Below, in pieces: positions 10,259 through 19,860 of a stretch of 64,000 nucleotides of DNA; the first letter of the stretch is position 1; each line of letters begins with the position of its first letter. A program made the translations under genes and the position numbers. Source of the DNA: Longimicrobiales bacterium (GTDB lineage Bacteria; Gemmatimonadota; Gemmatimonadetes; Longimicrobiales; Gaopeijiaceae); assembly GCA_041690395.1 (NCBI GenBank), contig JAWLHJ010000002.1, positions 292,707 through 356,706 on the forward strand. The letters are read 5' to 3'. The notes under the pieces are model-generated. The model saw nothing but the letters and a program-made list of their open reading frames with translations, was not told where the DNA came from and made no database searches.

Positions 10259-12034
10259 ATGCTTCCGAAAATCCGCCATCGCACCGGCCCCGCCTCGAGG
10301 GCCCGCGTATTCGCTACCGCGACGGTCCTCCTGCTCGCGGCCCTCGCGACCGTACCCGGCTCCGGGGCCGGCCAGGAGCCGTTCGACCTGCTCATCCGTG
10401 GGGGCCGCGTCCTGGACGGCACCGGAAATCCCTGGATCCGGGCGGACATAGGCATCCGGGAAGGGCGTATCGCGGCACTCGGCCAGCTCCCGGACGCCAG
10501 CGCGGACCGGATCGTGGACGCGGCCGGTCTCTACGTCGCCCCGGGCTTCATCGACATCCACTCGCACGCCGACGACGGCAACGCGGACATCGGTGAGGCC
10601 ACCATCCGGACCGACGAGCCCGGCAGGAAGGCCGCCCCCAACGTGGTCTCGCAGGGTGTGACCACGGTGGTCGTGAATCACGACGGCCGTTCCCCCTGGC
10701 CGATCCGCGACCAGCGCGCGCTCCTCGAGCGCCAGGGCGTGGGTCCGAACGTCATGTTGATGGTCGGACACGGAACCGTTCGGCGGCAGGTCATGGGCGA
10801 CGACTTCGCGCGTCCCGCGACCGACGCCGAGATCGAACGGATGAGAGAGCTGGTCCGGCAGGCGCTGGACGAGGGCGCGGTCGGCATCTCCGCCGGGCTC
10901 GAATACGTGCCCGGGCGATACAGCACGACCGACGAGGTCGCGCGCGTCGTGGAGGAGCTCCTCCCCTCGGACGGCGTCTACATCTCCCACGAGCGCGCGG
11001 AGGGCGCCGACCCCATGTGGTACTGGCCGAGCCAGGATCCGGCCGGGCCGCCCACGCTCCAGGACGCGGTCATGGAGACCATCGAGATCGGTCGGCGCAC
11101 CGGCGTGAAGGTCGTCGCGTCACACATCAAGGCGAAAGGCGCGCACTGGTGGGGCTCGAGCGGCACCGTCATCCAGCTGATCGAGCGGGCGCGCGACGAG
11201 GGCGTGCGCGTGTGGGCCGACCAGTATCCGTACCCCACCAGCGGATCGGACGGGAACACCGTGCTGATCCCCTCGTGGGCCACCTCGCCCGACACGCGCG
11301 GCCCGGACGCGCCGCCTCCGGCCGAGGTGCTGCGCGAGAACCTCCGCGACCCCGACACGGAAGCGCTCATCCGTCAGGACATCGCGCACGAGATCCGGCG
11401 CAGGGGCGGCGCCGACCGCGTCGTCGTGCTCGAGTACCCCCGGTCGGAGTGGGTCGGACGCAACCTTCAGGAGCTCGCGGACGAGCGCGGCGTCGATCCG
11501 GTGCAGATGGCCATCGACCTCCAGCTCGAGGGCGATCCGGCGCGACGCGGCGGCGGGAGGCTCCGGGGCTTCTCGATGTCAGAGATCGACGTGGAGCACT
11601 ACGCGGCGCAGCCGTGGGTCGTGACCGCGTCGGACGGCGGGATCGCCCTCCCCGCGGACGGCCTGGTGCACCCCCGCTACTACGGCACCTTCCCCCGCAA
11701 GATCCGACACTACGCGCTCACTGTGAACGCGCTCTCGCTCGAAGACGCGATCCGGTCCCAGACGTCGCTCCCGGCGAGGCTCATGGGCCTCCCCGACCGT
11801 GGCGAGATCCGGGAGGGGTACCGGGCGGACCTGGTGGTCTTCGACCTGGAGACGATCGGGGACCGCGCGACGGTGTTCGAGCCGCACCAGCACTCGGAGG
11901 GGATCGAGCACGTGCTGGTGAACGGCGAGTTCGTCGTGGAGGACGGCACGATCCTGTACACGACGCCCGGGCAGGTGCTCACGCGTGAGACGGGCGGCCG
12001 GCGGGGCGTCTCGGACGATGGAGGCTTGAAATGA
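10259..12034 (+). CDS. Amidohydrolase, N-acyl-D-amino-acid deacylase (D-aminoacylase) family, with signal peptide
   Basis: DLLIRGGRVLDGTG, APGFIDIHSH, DQYPY, SDGG, HPRYYGTFPR, ADLVVFD. ATG 10259 preferred as start. Confidence 0.88.
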   Translation: MLPKIRHRTGPASRARVFATATVLLLAALATVPGSGAGQEPFDLLIRGGRVLDGTGNPWIRADIGIREGRIAALGQLPDASADRIVDAAGLYVAPGFIDIHSHADDGNADIGEATIRTDEPGRKAAPNVVSQGVTTVVVNHDGRSPWPIRDQRALLERQGVGPNVMLMVGHGTVRRQVMGDDFARPATDAEIERMRELVRQALDEGAVGISAGLEYVPGRYSTTDEVARVVEELLPSDGVYISHERAEGADPMWYWPSQDPAGPPTLQDAVMETIEIGRRTGVKVVASHIKAKGAHWWGSSGTVIQLIERARDEGVRVWADQYPYPTSGSDGNTVLIPSWATSPDTRGPDAPPPAEVLRENLRDPDTEALIRQDIAHEIRRRGGADRVVVLEYPRSEWVGRNLQELADERGVDPVQMAIDLQLEGDPARRGGGRLRGFSMSEIDVEHYAAQPWVVTASDGGIALPADGLVHPRYYGTFPRKIRHYALTVNALSLEDAIRSQTSLPARLMGLPDRGEIREGYRADLVVFDLETIGDRATVFEPHQHSEGIEHVLVNGEFVVEDGTILYTTPGQVLTRETGGRRGVSDDGGLK

Positions 12035-13671
12035 GGACGCTCGTCGCGCTCGTGCTCCTGGCCCTCGCGCTCGGTCCCGCGGCTACCACCGCCCAGACGC
12101 CTCCCGACGCGGCGCACGAGGTCGACCGGATCTTCGCGCGCTGGGACGGCGTCACGTCACCCGGCTGCGCCGTCGGCGTGCGGAAGGACGGGCTCACCGT
12201 GCTCGAGCGGGCCTACGGCATGGCCGACCTCGAGCACGGCATTCCCAACACGCCGTCCACGCGCTTCGAGGGCGGATCGCTGTCCAAGCAGTTCACCGCG
12301 GCCGCCGTCGTCCTGCTGGCGCTCGACGGCGCACTGTCCCTCGAGGACGATGTCAGGCAGTACATCCCGGAGGTCCCGGACTACGGCCACACCATCACGC
12401 TCAAGCATCTGCTCACGCACACGAGCGGGCTACGTGACTGGGGGAGCGTCGCGAGCATCTCGGGGTGGGGCCGGGAGCAGCGCACGCACGACCACGACTG
12501 GGTGCTGGACATCGTGAGCCGCCAGTCGGCGCTCAACTTCGTGCCGGGTCACGAGTACTCGTACAGCAACACCGGGTACAACCTGCTGGCCATCGTCGTC
12601 GGGCGCGTGAGCGGGATGCCCTTCGCGGACTTCTCACGGGAGCGGATCTTCGAGCCGCTCGGGCTCGGCCTCACCGAGTGGCGCGAAGACTACCGGCGCA
12701 TCGTGCCCGGCCGAAGCACGGCCTACCGGACGCCGGACGGGGGCGACAGCTGGGAGATCGACCGACCCATCGAGCACGTATACGGGAACGGAGGCATCCT
12801 GACCACGGTCGCCGACCTCGGCGTCTGGAACGAGGCCCTGGAGGACGGGCGCCTGGGCGGGCCCGAGTTCGTGACGCTCATGCACGACACGGGTGTCCTC
12901 AACGACGGCTCGCGTATCCGGTACGCGAGCGGCCTGGTCGTCGGAGAGTCCATGGGGGTCCCCTCGGTCACGCACACCGGATCCACGGCCGGGTACCGGG
13001 CGTTCCTCGGGCGCTATCCGGAGCAGGATCTTTCCGTCGCGATGATCTGCAACGCGGCGAACGTTTCCACCGGCGGCACGGGCGCGAGGATCGCGAGCGC
13101 GTACCTGGGAGACGTAGCCCGGGAGCCCGCCACCCCCGACTACGCTGCCGCCGCAAGGCCCGAGGACGCGCGCCGCGCGGGCCTCTACCACGATCCGGTC
13201 ACCGGAGACATACGAGAGCTCGCCTTGACGGATGGCGTGCTCCACGACGGCTCCACGCCGCTCCTCCGGCTGGACGAACGGACCTTCCAGGTCGGCGACG
13301 GCGACGCGCGCTACGTGTTCGACGACGGCGCCGGACGCGTGGGCTTCGAGGAGGAGTCGTGGGAGTACTCGAACCAGCGCTGGGAGCCCGTCGAACCGTG
13401 GTCACCGACCGCGTCGGAGCTCGCGGCCTTCACGGGCACCTATCACAGCGACGACGCCGAGACGACCTATGTCGTGTCGATCGAGGACGGCGGACCGACG
13501 GTCTGGCAGCGGCCCGGGATCACCCGCGAGCTCTCGCCGCTGTACCGCGACGCGTTCGGCATGGGTGGCATGGTCGTGCGCTTCCGCCGCGACACCGCCG
13601 GTGACGTCGTCGCGCTCTCGCTCAGCCTCGGACGGGTGTACGACATGCGCTTCGAGCGGGTGCGGCCCTGA
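12031..13671 (+). CDS. Secreted serine hydrolase (beta-lactamase / D-aminopeptidase-like fold) with C-terminal extension
   Basis: SxxK (SLSK), LLTHTSG, YSN, HTG motifs; ATGA overlap with the upstream gene. Confidence 0.88.
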   Translation: MRTLVALVLLALALGPAATTAQTPPDAAHEVDRIFARWDGVTSPGCAVGVRKDGLTVLERAYGMADLEHGIPNTPSTRFEGGSLSKQFTAAAVVLLALDGALSLEDDVRQYIPEVPDYGHTITLKHLLTHTSGLRDWGSVASISGWGREQRTHDHDWVLDIVSRQSALNFVPGHEYSYSNTGYNLLAIVVGRVSGMPFADFSRERIFEPLGLGLTEWREDYRRIVPGRSTAYRTPDGGDSWEIDRPIEHVYGNGGILTTVADLGVWNEALEDGRLGGPEFVTLMHDTGVLNDGSRIRYASGLVVGESMGVPSVTHTGSTAGYRAFLGRYPEQDLSVAMICNAANVSTGGTGARIASAYLGDVAREPATPDYAAAARPEDARRAGLYHDPVTGDIRELALTDGVLHDGSTPLLRLDERTFQVGDGDARYVFDDGAGRVGFEEESWEYSNQRWEPVEPWSPTASELAAFTGTYHSDDAETTYVVSIEDGGPTVWQRPGITRELSPLYRDAFGMGGMVVRFRRDTAGDVVALSLSLGRVYDMRFERVRP

Positions 13672-13675
13672 CGAG

Positions 13676-13711
13676 CGAGGGGGTGCGGCCGGGGAAGGCC
13701 GCACCCCCTCG
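13676..13711. terminator. GC-rich hairpin between convergent genes
   Basis: CGAGGGGGTGCGGCC / GGCCGCACCCCCTCG, perfect 15-bp inverted repeat with 6-nt loop. Confidence 0.65.
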
Positions 13712-13733
13712 GTGTTTGGACCGACCCGTTCGG

Positions 13734-15470
13734 TCAGTAGGCCAGCGCGTACGCCTCCCGTCGCGGATCGGCCGCGGCGGTGAGCACGCCCGTCTCGGGA
13801 TCCCACACGATCATCTGGGCGCCGCCGAACGTGGCGGTCCAGCCGTCGACCAGATTCAGGTCGTGCCCGCGAGCCGTGAGCTCCTCGACGACGGCGAGCG
13901 GCACGCGGTTCTCGAGCGCTACGCGCACGCCCCCGAGCGACCGGAAGCGCGCGGCCTCGATCGCCTCCTGAGGCGTCATGCCGAAGACCAGCAGGTTGTG
14001 CGCGATCTGGAGAAGGGACTGGGGCTGGCTGTCTCCACCCGGCGTGCCGAGCGTGAACGCGAAGCCCCCGTCTGCGGAGAGCGCCATCATCGGGGACAGG
14101 GTATGGTACGGTCGCTTGCCCGGAGCCACCTGGTTGGGGTGCCCGTCCTGGAGGGTGTAGAGCGCCCCCCGGTTGTGCAGGAGGATGCCGGTCGTGGACT
14201 CCACGAGGCCGGAGCCGAAGCCCGCATAGTTGCTCTGGATCCAGCTGACCGCGTTCCCCCACTGGTCCACCGCCGTCAGGTAGACGGTGTCGCCGCCGTC
14301 ATCCGTCTCCTCCATTTCCGGAAGCGGATCGCCGAAGCCTGGTGCGACGTCCTCGGCGGCGCGTGACACGTCCACGAGCCCGGCCCGTTCCCTCAGGTAA
14401 CTCGCGTCGAGCAGCCGGTCGACCGGCACGTCCGCCACGTCCCAATCGGCGACCCAGCGATCGCGGTCGGCGAACGCCAGCTTCTTGAGCTCGATGAGCG
14501 CATGCAGGTAATCCGCCGAATTGTGCCCCATTTCGGCCACCGGGTGCTCCTTCGACATCTCCATGAGGGCGAGCTGTGCGACGCCCTGTGTGCTCGGCGG
14601 CATCACGAGGAAGGTGTGGCCGAGATACTCGGCGCTCAGCGGGTCGACCCAGGTCGAGGTATGCGCCGCGAAGTCGTCGTAGCGCAGGTGTCCGCCCTCG
14701 GCCTCCACGAAGTCGGCCAGTGCCCGGGCGATATCGCCTTCGTAGAAGCCCTCCTTCCCCTGCGTCGCGATCACTTCGAGCGAGTTGGCCAGCTCGGGGT
14801 TGCGAAGCAGCGAGCCCACCGGCGGCGCGTCCCCACCCGGCTGATAGAGCTCCCTGCCCCGCTCGTTCAGGTCGTCGCCCTGGGCCATGATGTCGAGCGC
14901 GAGGCGGGTGGAAACGGGGAAGCCGTCGCGCGCGAAGCGGATGGCCGGCTCGAGCAGCTCGGCGAACGGCTGGCTACCGAAGCGCTCGTGCGCATCGACC
15001 CACCCGGCCACCGCGCCCGGGACGCTCACCGACATCGCCCCGGTCTCGGGAACCTGGTCGAGTCCCTGGTCCCGGAAGAACGCCGGTGTCGCCAGCGCGC
15101 CGGACCGCCCGCTGGCGTTCAGAGCCGTCACCTCTCCGGTCTCGCCGTCGTAGAAGATCCCGAAGGCGTCGCCGCCCACGCCGTTCATGTGCGGACGCGT
15201 CACGGCCAGAATCCCGGCCATGGCGATGATCGCGTCGGTCGCCGTCCCGCCGTCCCTGAGCACCGCGAGCCCGGCTTGCGTGGCCAGGGGGTGGTCGGAG
15301 GAGACCGCGCCCAGCGTCCCCCGCACGTCCGGGCGGTTCTGGGGCGCGTAGCGGGTGGTGTCCCACTCCGGGGGCGCGTCCGCTTCGGCGCAGCCTGCGA
15401 CCAGGAGCACGGGAACCATCAACGACGCGGCGCCGAACTGGCGCGCGCGGGACCGGAGCTGACCTGACAT
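13734..15470 (-). CDS. ggt: Gamma-glutamyltransferase (Ntn hydrolase), lipoprotein
   Basis: GVGGDAF, SVSVPGAVAGW, nucleophile context GDTVYLTAVD, PGKRPYHTL, GTPGG, ADPRRE; lipobox LVAGC. ATG 15470 follows GAGGA. Confidence 0.9.
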   Translation of the reverse strand: MSGQLRSRARQFGAASLMVPVLLVAGCAEADAPPEWDTTRYAPQNRPDVRGTLGAVSSDHPLATQAGLAVLRDGGTATDAIIAMAGILAVTRPHMNGVGGDAFGIFYDGETGEVTALNASGRSGALATPAFFRDQGLDQVPETGAMSVSVPGAVAGWVDAHERFGSQPFAELLEPAIRFARDGFPVSTRLALDIMAQGDDLNERGRELYQPGGDAPPVGSLLRNPELANSLEVIATQGKEGFYEGDIARALADFVEAEGGHLRYDDFAAHTSTWVDPLSAEYLGHTFLVMPPSTQGVAQLALMEMSKEHPVAEMGHNSADYLHALIELKKLAFADRDRWVADWDVADVPVDRLLDASYLRERAGLVDVSRAAEDVAPGFGDPLPEMEETDDGGDTVYLTAVDQWGNAVSWIQSNYAGFGSGLVESTTGILLHNRGALYTLQDGHPNQVAPGKRPYHTLSPMMALSADGGFAFTLGTPGGDSQPQSLLQIAHNLLVFGMTPQEAIEAARFRSLGGVRVALENRVPLAVVEELTARGHDLNLVDGWTATFGGAQMIVWDPETGVLTAAADPRREAYALAY

Positions 15471-15664
15471 CGTCTCGTCCTCGGCTTGAAATAGAACCCT
15501 CTGAGGTTCAGCCATGTTGCCCCGGGTCGGGGGCTTCGGGCAAGGGACCGGCCCGGCTTCGGCATCGACATGTGACCGTTCCGCTCGAACGCGAGTGTTA
15601 AGGGTGACATCCCCCACGGACCGGTCGCGTGCACGCGACGCCCAACGAGCGGAGGCCCGAAAGC

Positions 15665-16060
15665 ATGCCCAGCCTGCAGACCTTCACGTTCCAGGTGAGA
15701 GACGAGCAGCACGCACTGCACGAGGTCACCTTCGTGCGCCACTCACCGGGACACCTCTCGGCTCGGTGCTCCTGTGACGCGGGCCGTACCGACCGTTGCT
15801 GCGCCCACTGTCTCCGCCTGCTCTCGGGCGATCGGACCCAACTCGTCAGCGACAACGACGTGGAGGTCGGCGTCGTCGAATGGTGGGTGGCATGCCTCGA
15901 CCTGAAGCACACAGTCACGCGGGCCCTGAAGGCGCAGGAGCCCGGAGCTTCGGCACCGGGGAGCCTGTCCCGGGTCCTCGAGCATTGGCCGAACCTGACG
16001 GCGCAGGACTTCGACGTCGATCTCCGTCAAGACCACAGGCGCGAGCTCGGCGCGGCCTGA
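15665..16060 (+). CDS. Small protein with SWIM-like zinc finger
   Basis: CSC-x7-CCAH matches the SWIM CxC..CxH pattern; GGAGG upstream of ATG 15665. Confidence 0.6.
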   Translation: MPSLQTFTFQVRDEQHALHEVTFVRHSPGHLSARCSCDAGRTDRCCAHCLRLLSGDRTQLVSDNDVEVGVVEWWVACLDLKHTVTRALKAQEPGASAPGSLSRVLEHWPNLTAQDFDVDLRQDHRRELGAA

Positions 16061-16215
16061 ACTTCCGGTCGTGATCCCCGCCGGTGATCCCCGGCGGGTC
16101 CGAAGTCGGTAAGGCTCCATGGACGGGTCGCTCGACCCCTCCGACGAACGAGTCTCAACCATCCTACCGACGATGGCGGACCATGCCGCACCGGTCCGTC
16201 GGGGAGTCAAACCGC

Positions 16216-17877
16216 ATGTCCATCACGACCACCCTCCTGGCCGCGCTCGTGCTCCAGGTGGCCGCGCACCAGCACGCGCCCGAGCACGCCCCCGAGTCCA
16301 CGCCGCCGGTCGAGGACCGGGTGCCACTCTACGACAACCTCGGGAGCCACGCCTACCGGATCACCGCCGCGAACGACGAGGTCCAGGCCTACTTCGACCA
16401 GGGTCTCCGGCTCTACTACGCCTTCAACCACGCGGAAGCGGTCCGCTCCTTCCGCGAAGCGCAGCGACTCGATCCGTCGTGCGCGATGTGCTGGTGGGGC
16501 GAGGCCCTCGCGTTCGGACCCAACATCAACCTGCCGATGGATTCGACGGCGGGCGTCGCGGCCTTCGCCGCATCCCGGCGGGCGCTCGAAGAGCTGGATC
16601 GCGAGTCGGCCGTCGAGCGGGCGCTCGTCGAGGCCCTCGGTACACGCTACGTCGCGGTCCCCGGACCGGACCGGGCCGCGCTCGATTCGGCTTATGCCCG
16701 GGCGATGGCGGACGTCGCGCGGCGCTTCCCGTCCGACCCGGAGGCCGCCGTCCTCTCCGCCGAGGCCATCATGGACCTCAGTCCGTGGAGCTACTGGGAC
16801 GCCGACGGAAGCCCCCGCCCGGGCACGGAGCGGGCGCTCGCCGGCCTCGAAGGTGTGATGCGGTCGAACACGAGTCACCCTGGTGCGTGCCACTTCTACA
16901 TCCACGCCGTGGAGGCGGTCGACCCGGACCGCGCCCTTCCCTGCGCCGAGCGGCTGGCGGCCCTGATGCCCGGCGCCGGCCACCTCGTGCACATGCCTGG
17001 ACACATCTACATCCGGGTAGGGCGTTACGCCGACGCGATCGCCGCGAACGAGCACGCCGTGCACGCGGACGAGTCGTGGATCCAGGATCAGCGCCCCGGC
17101 ATGGGCGTCTACACCGCCGGCTACTACCCGCACAACTACGATTTCCTGGCGTTCGCCGCGTCGATGGCCGGCAGGCGCGACCAGGCGACGCGGGCAGCCG
17201 CCCGTGTCCGCGACCTGATCCCCGCCGAGATGTTCGGCGTGCCGGGCATGGCGTTCCTGGAGCACTGGTGGGCACGCCCCCTACAGATCCAGATCCGTTT
17301 CGGCCTGTGGGACGAAATCCTCGCGACCGATGCCCCGGCCGAAGGGCTCTCGCACGCTCGGGCGCTCTGGCACTACGCCCGCGGAAGGGCGTTCGTGGCG
17401 CGCGGCGAGATCACCGCGGCGGCCCGGGAGCTCGGACACCTGCGGAGCGCGGCGGCCGACCCTGCCCTCGAGGGAATGCGCATGGAGTTCAACGCCGCCA
17501 CCGACATCCTGGCCGTCGCCGAGCACGTGCTCGAAGGGCTCGTGGCGGAGGCCGGAGGCGATACGGCCAGGGCCATCGACCTCCTGCGGGAGGCGGCGGC
17601 GCTCGAGGACGCCATGACGTACGGCGAGCCGCCGGAGTGGAGCGTGCCCGTGCGGCACGACCTCGGAGCCGTCCTGCTGCGCGCGCGCCGCTCCGCCGAC
17701 GCCGAAGCCGTGTACCGGGAGGACCTGGCGCGCTTCCGCGAGAACGGGTGGGCGCTGAAGGGACTTGCCCAGGCGCTCCACGCCCAGGGCCGCCCGGAAG
17801 AGGCGCGCGAGGTGGAAGCACGCTTCCGGCGGGCGTGGGAGACGGCCGACGTGAAGCTGCCGACATCGAGCTTCTGA
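16216..17877 (+). CDS. Secreted TPR-like helical-repeat protein with His-rich core, function unknown
   Basis: Signal peptide after GGGGAG RBS; YFDQGLRLYYAFNHAEA, HPGACHFYIH, GHLVHMPGHIY, ENGWALKGL. Confidence 0.8.
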   Translation: MSITTTLLAALVLQVAAHQHAPEHAPESTPPVEDRVPLYDNLGSHAYRITAANDEVQAYFDQGLRLYYAFNHAEAVRSFREAQRLDPSCAMCWWGEALAFGPNINLPMDSTAGVAAFAASRRALEELDRESAVERALVEALGTRYVAVPGPDRAALDSAYARAMADVARRFPSDPEAAVLSAEAIMDLSPWSYWDADGSPRPGTERALAGLEGVMRSNTSHPGACHFYIHAVEAVDPDRALPCAERLAALMPGAGHLVHMPGHIYIRVGRYADAIAANEHAVHADESWIQDQRPGMGVYTAGYYPHNYDFLAFAASMAGRRDQATRAAARVRDLIPAEMFGVPGMAFLEHWWARPLQIQIRFGLWDEILATDAPAEGLSHARALWHYARGRAFVARGEITAAARELGHLRSAAADPALEGMRMEFNAATDILAVAEHVLEGLVAEAGGDTARAIDLLREAAALEDAMTYGEPPEWSVPVRHDLGAVLLRARRSADAEAVYREDLARFRENGWALKGLAQALHAQGRPEEAREVEARFRRAWETADVKLPTSSF

Positions 17878-17888
17878 CGCCACGCTTC

Positions 17889-17959
17889 CGAGGAAGCGCT
17901 CCCGAGCGCTTCCTCGTGGCATGAAAAGGGACCGGGGGCCGGGCGGCTCCCGGTCCCTT
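17889..17959. terminator. Two tandem long hairpins (terminator or REP-like)
   Basis: CGAGGAAGCGCTC-CC-GAGCGCTTCCTCG (17889-17916) and AAGGGACCGGG...CCCGGTCCCTT (17926-17959). Confidence 0.55.
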
Positions 17960-18003
17960 CGCGCACTTGCCCCCCGGACGACCTCCGTGCCATGGTGCCG
18001 CCC

Positions 18004-19725
18004 ATGATCCGCTTCCCCATCGTCCGCTTCCTCTCGCTCGCGCCGGTCTGGCTCGGCGCATGCACCGCCGGTCCCGGCGATTCGTCGGGTGACGCCGACT
18101 TCACCGTGGTCGAGTCGACCATCCCCGACATCCAGGCGCGCATGGAGCGCGGCGAGCTCACGTCACGCGAGCTCGTGACGCGTTACCTCACGCGCATCGC
18201 CATATACGAGGACCGGCTGAACGCGGCGATCACCGTGAACCCGGAGGCGCTCGCCGAGGCCGACGCCCTCGACGCGGAGCGTGCCGCGGGCCGGGTGCGG
18301 GGGCCGCTGCATGGGATCCCGGTCGCGTTGAAGGACAACATCCACACGACGCACCTGCCGACCACGTTCGGCGCCCTCGCCTTCGAGGGCTTCGTGCCCT
18401 GGTACGAGGCCACGCTCGTCACCAACCTCCGTGAGGCGGGCGCGATCATCATCGCCAAGGCCACCCTCACGGAGTTCGCGAACTTCATGGCGGGCACGCC
18501 GAACCCCATGCCCGGCAACTACAACGCCCTCACAGGATTCGCTTTCAATCCCTACGACGCGCGGCGGGATCCGAGGGAGGGCTCGGACGGCCGTCCGGTC
18601 CTCGGCACGGGCGGATCGAGCTCGGGCGTGGGGACCGCGGCCAGCTTCTGGCAGGGGAACGTCGGCACCGATACCGGCGGGTCCATCATCAGCCCGTCGA
18701 ACGCCACCATGCTGGTCGGGATCAGGCCCACGCTGGGGCGGCTCAGCCGCTGGGGGATCGCGCCGGTGACGCTGGACCACGACATGGCCGGGCCGATGAC
18801 CCGCAACGTGGCCGACGCGGCGATCATGCTCGGGGCCATGGAGGGCGCGGAGCCCGACCCGAACGATCCGGCCACCGGCGTGTGTGAGCCCCCGCCTGGC
18901 CGTGACTACCGCCCGCACCTGCGGGCGGACGGGCTGGAAGGCGCGCGGATCGGGATTCCGAGGGCGTATTACTACGACCCGATCGAGCTCGACGGCCGTC
19001 CCGGCACGCTCGGTGGGCTGAGCGACGCCGAACGGGCGCTCATGGACGACGCGATCGAGGTGTTACGCGCCGCGGGCGCCACCGTCGTCGACCCGGCGGA
19101 CGTGCCGAGCCTGGCGGACCCGGACCCTGACGACAACTTCGCCGCCTGGGGCATCTGCGTGGGCGGCGAGGAGGCCAAGGGCTCGGACGACCACTGCACG
19201 GTCAACTTCAAGTACGGCATGAAGCGCGACTTCGATGCCTGGCTCGAGACGCTCGGTGACGCGGCTCCGGTCGGCACGCTGACGGAGCTCCGCTCGTGGA
19301 ACCTGGAGCACCGGGCGGCCGGATCGATGCGGTACGAGCAATCCCGTTTCGACATCTCCGACGAGATGGACGTGGCGGCGGACCGGGCCCGCAACGAAGC
19401 CGACATGCGGAAGGATCGGTTCCTGAGCCGTGAGCGCGGAATCGATGCGGTGCTGGACGCGCACGACCTGGACGCCATTCTGACACCCGGCAGCCGGGGG
19501 GCCGGCCTCGCGGCCCGGGCCGGAACGCCCATCGTGGTGGTGCCGTTCGGCTTCGTTCCGAACACGCCGGGCCGGGCCTTCCCCGATGGCTTCGAGGCAC
19601 GACCGGCCCCGTTCGGCGTGGGCTTCAACGGAGCCGCGTGCAGCGAGCCGCGGCTGATCGAGCTGGCCTATGCGTTCGAGCAGGCGTCCAACGGGCGGGT
19701 GCCGCCGCCCGGCTTCCAACGCTGA
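18004..19725 (+). CDS. Amidase-signature family enzyme, lipoprotein
   Basis: GPLHGIPVALKDN (catalytic Lys), GGSSSG, GTDTGGSI; lipobox LGAC. Start could alternatively be 17992. Confidence 0.9.
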   Translation: MIRFPIVRFLSLAPVWLGACTAGPGDSSGDADFTVVESTIPDIQARMERGELTSRELVTRYLTRIAIYEDRLNAAITVNPEALAEADALDAERAAGRVRGPLHGIPVALKDNIHTTHLPTTFGALAFEGFVPWYEATLVTNLREAGAIIIAKATLTEFANFMAGTPNPMPGNYNALTGFAFNPYDARRDPREGSDGRPVLGTGGSSSGVGTAASFWQGNVGTDTGGSIISPSNATMLVGIRPTLGRLSRWGIAPVTLDHDMAGPMTRNVADAAIMLGAMEGAEPDPNDPATGVCEPPPGRDYRPHLRADGLEGARIGIPRAYYYDPIELDGRPGTLGGLSDAERALMDDAIEVLRAAGATVVDPADVPSLADPDPDDNFAAWGICVGGEEAKGSDDHCTVNFKYGMKRDFDAWLETLGDAAPVGTLTELRSWNLEHRAAGSMRYEQSRFDISDEMDVAADRARNEADMRKDRFLSRERGIDAVLDAHDLDAILTPGSRGAGLAARAGTPIVVVPFGFVPNTPGRAFPDGFEARPAPFGVGFNGAACSEPRLIELAYAFEQASNGRVPPPGFQR

Positions 19726-19760
19726 CACGCGGGCGCCCGGGGTGGACCGAGGTCGTCTCA

Positions 19761-19797
19761 CTACGTCACGAACGCACGGTCTACGTAACCCTACGTA
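19761..19797 (+). promoter_or_regulatory. Phased CTACGT repeats / TACGTA-N4-TACGTA putative transcription-factor site
   Basis: CTACGT at 19761, 19781 and 19791 (20- and 10-bp spacing), 64-100 bp upstream of ATG 19861. Confidence 0.55.
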
Positions 19798-19860
19798 TGG
19801 AGGGGGTCGACCCTCGGATGGCAGACTGGGTGCACGATGAATCGCATCCCAGGGGGAACC

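Noticed and set aside
12031..13671. Antibiotic-resistance beta-lactamase calls for the SxxK hydrolase (and the MBL at 59499-60530)
   Set aside because: Only fold-level motifs are present. Domain layout and context fit general peptidases/hydrolases, so resistance cannot be inferred.
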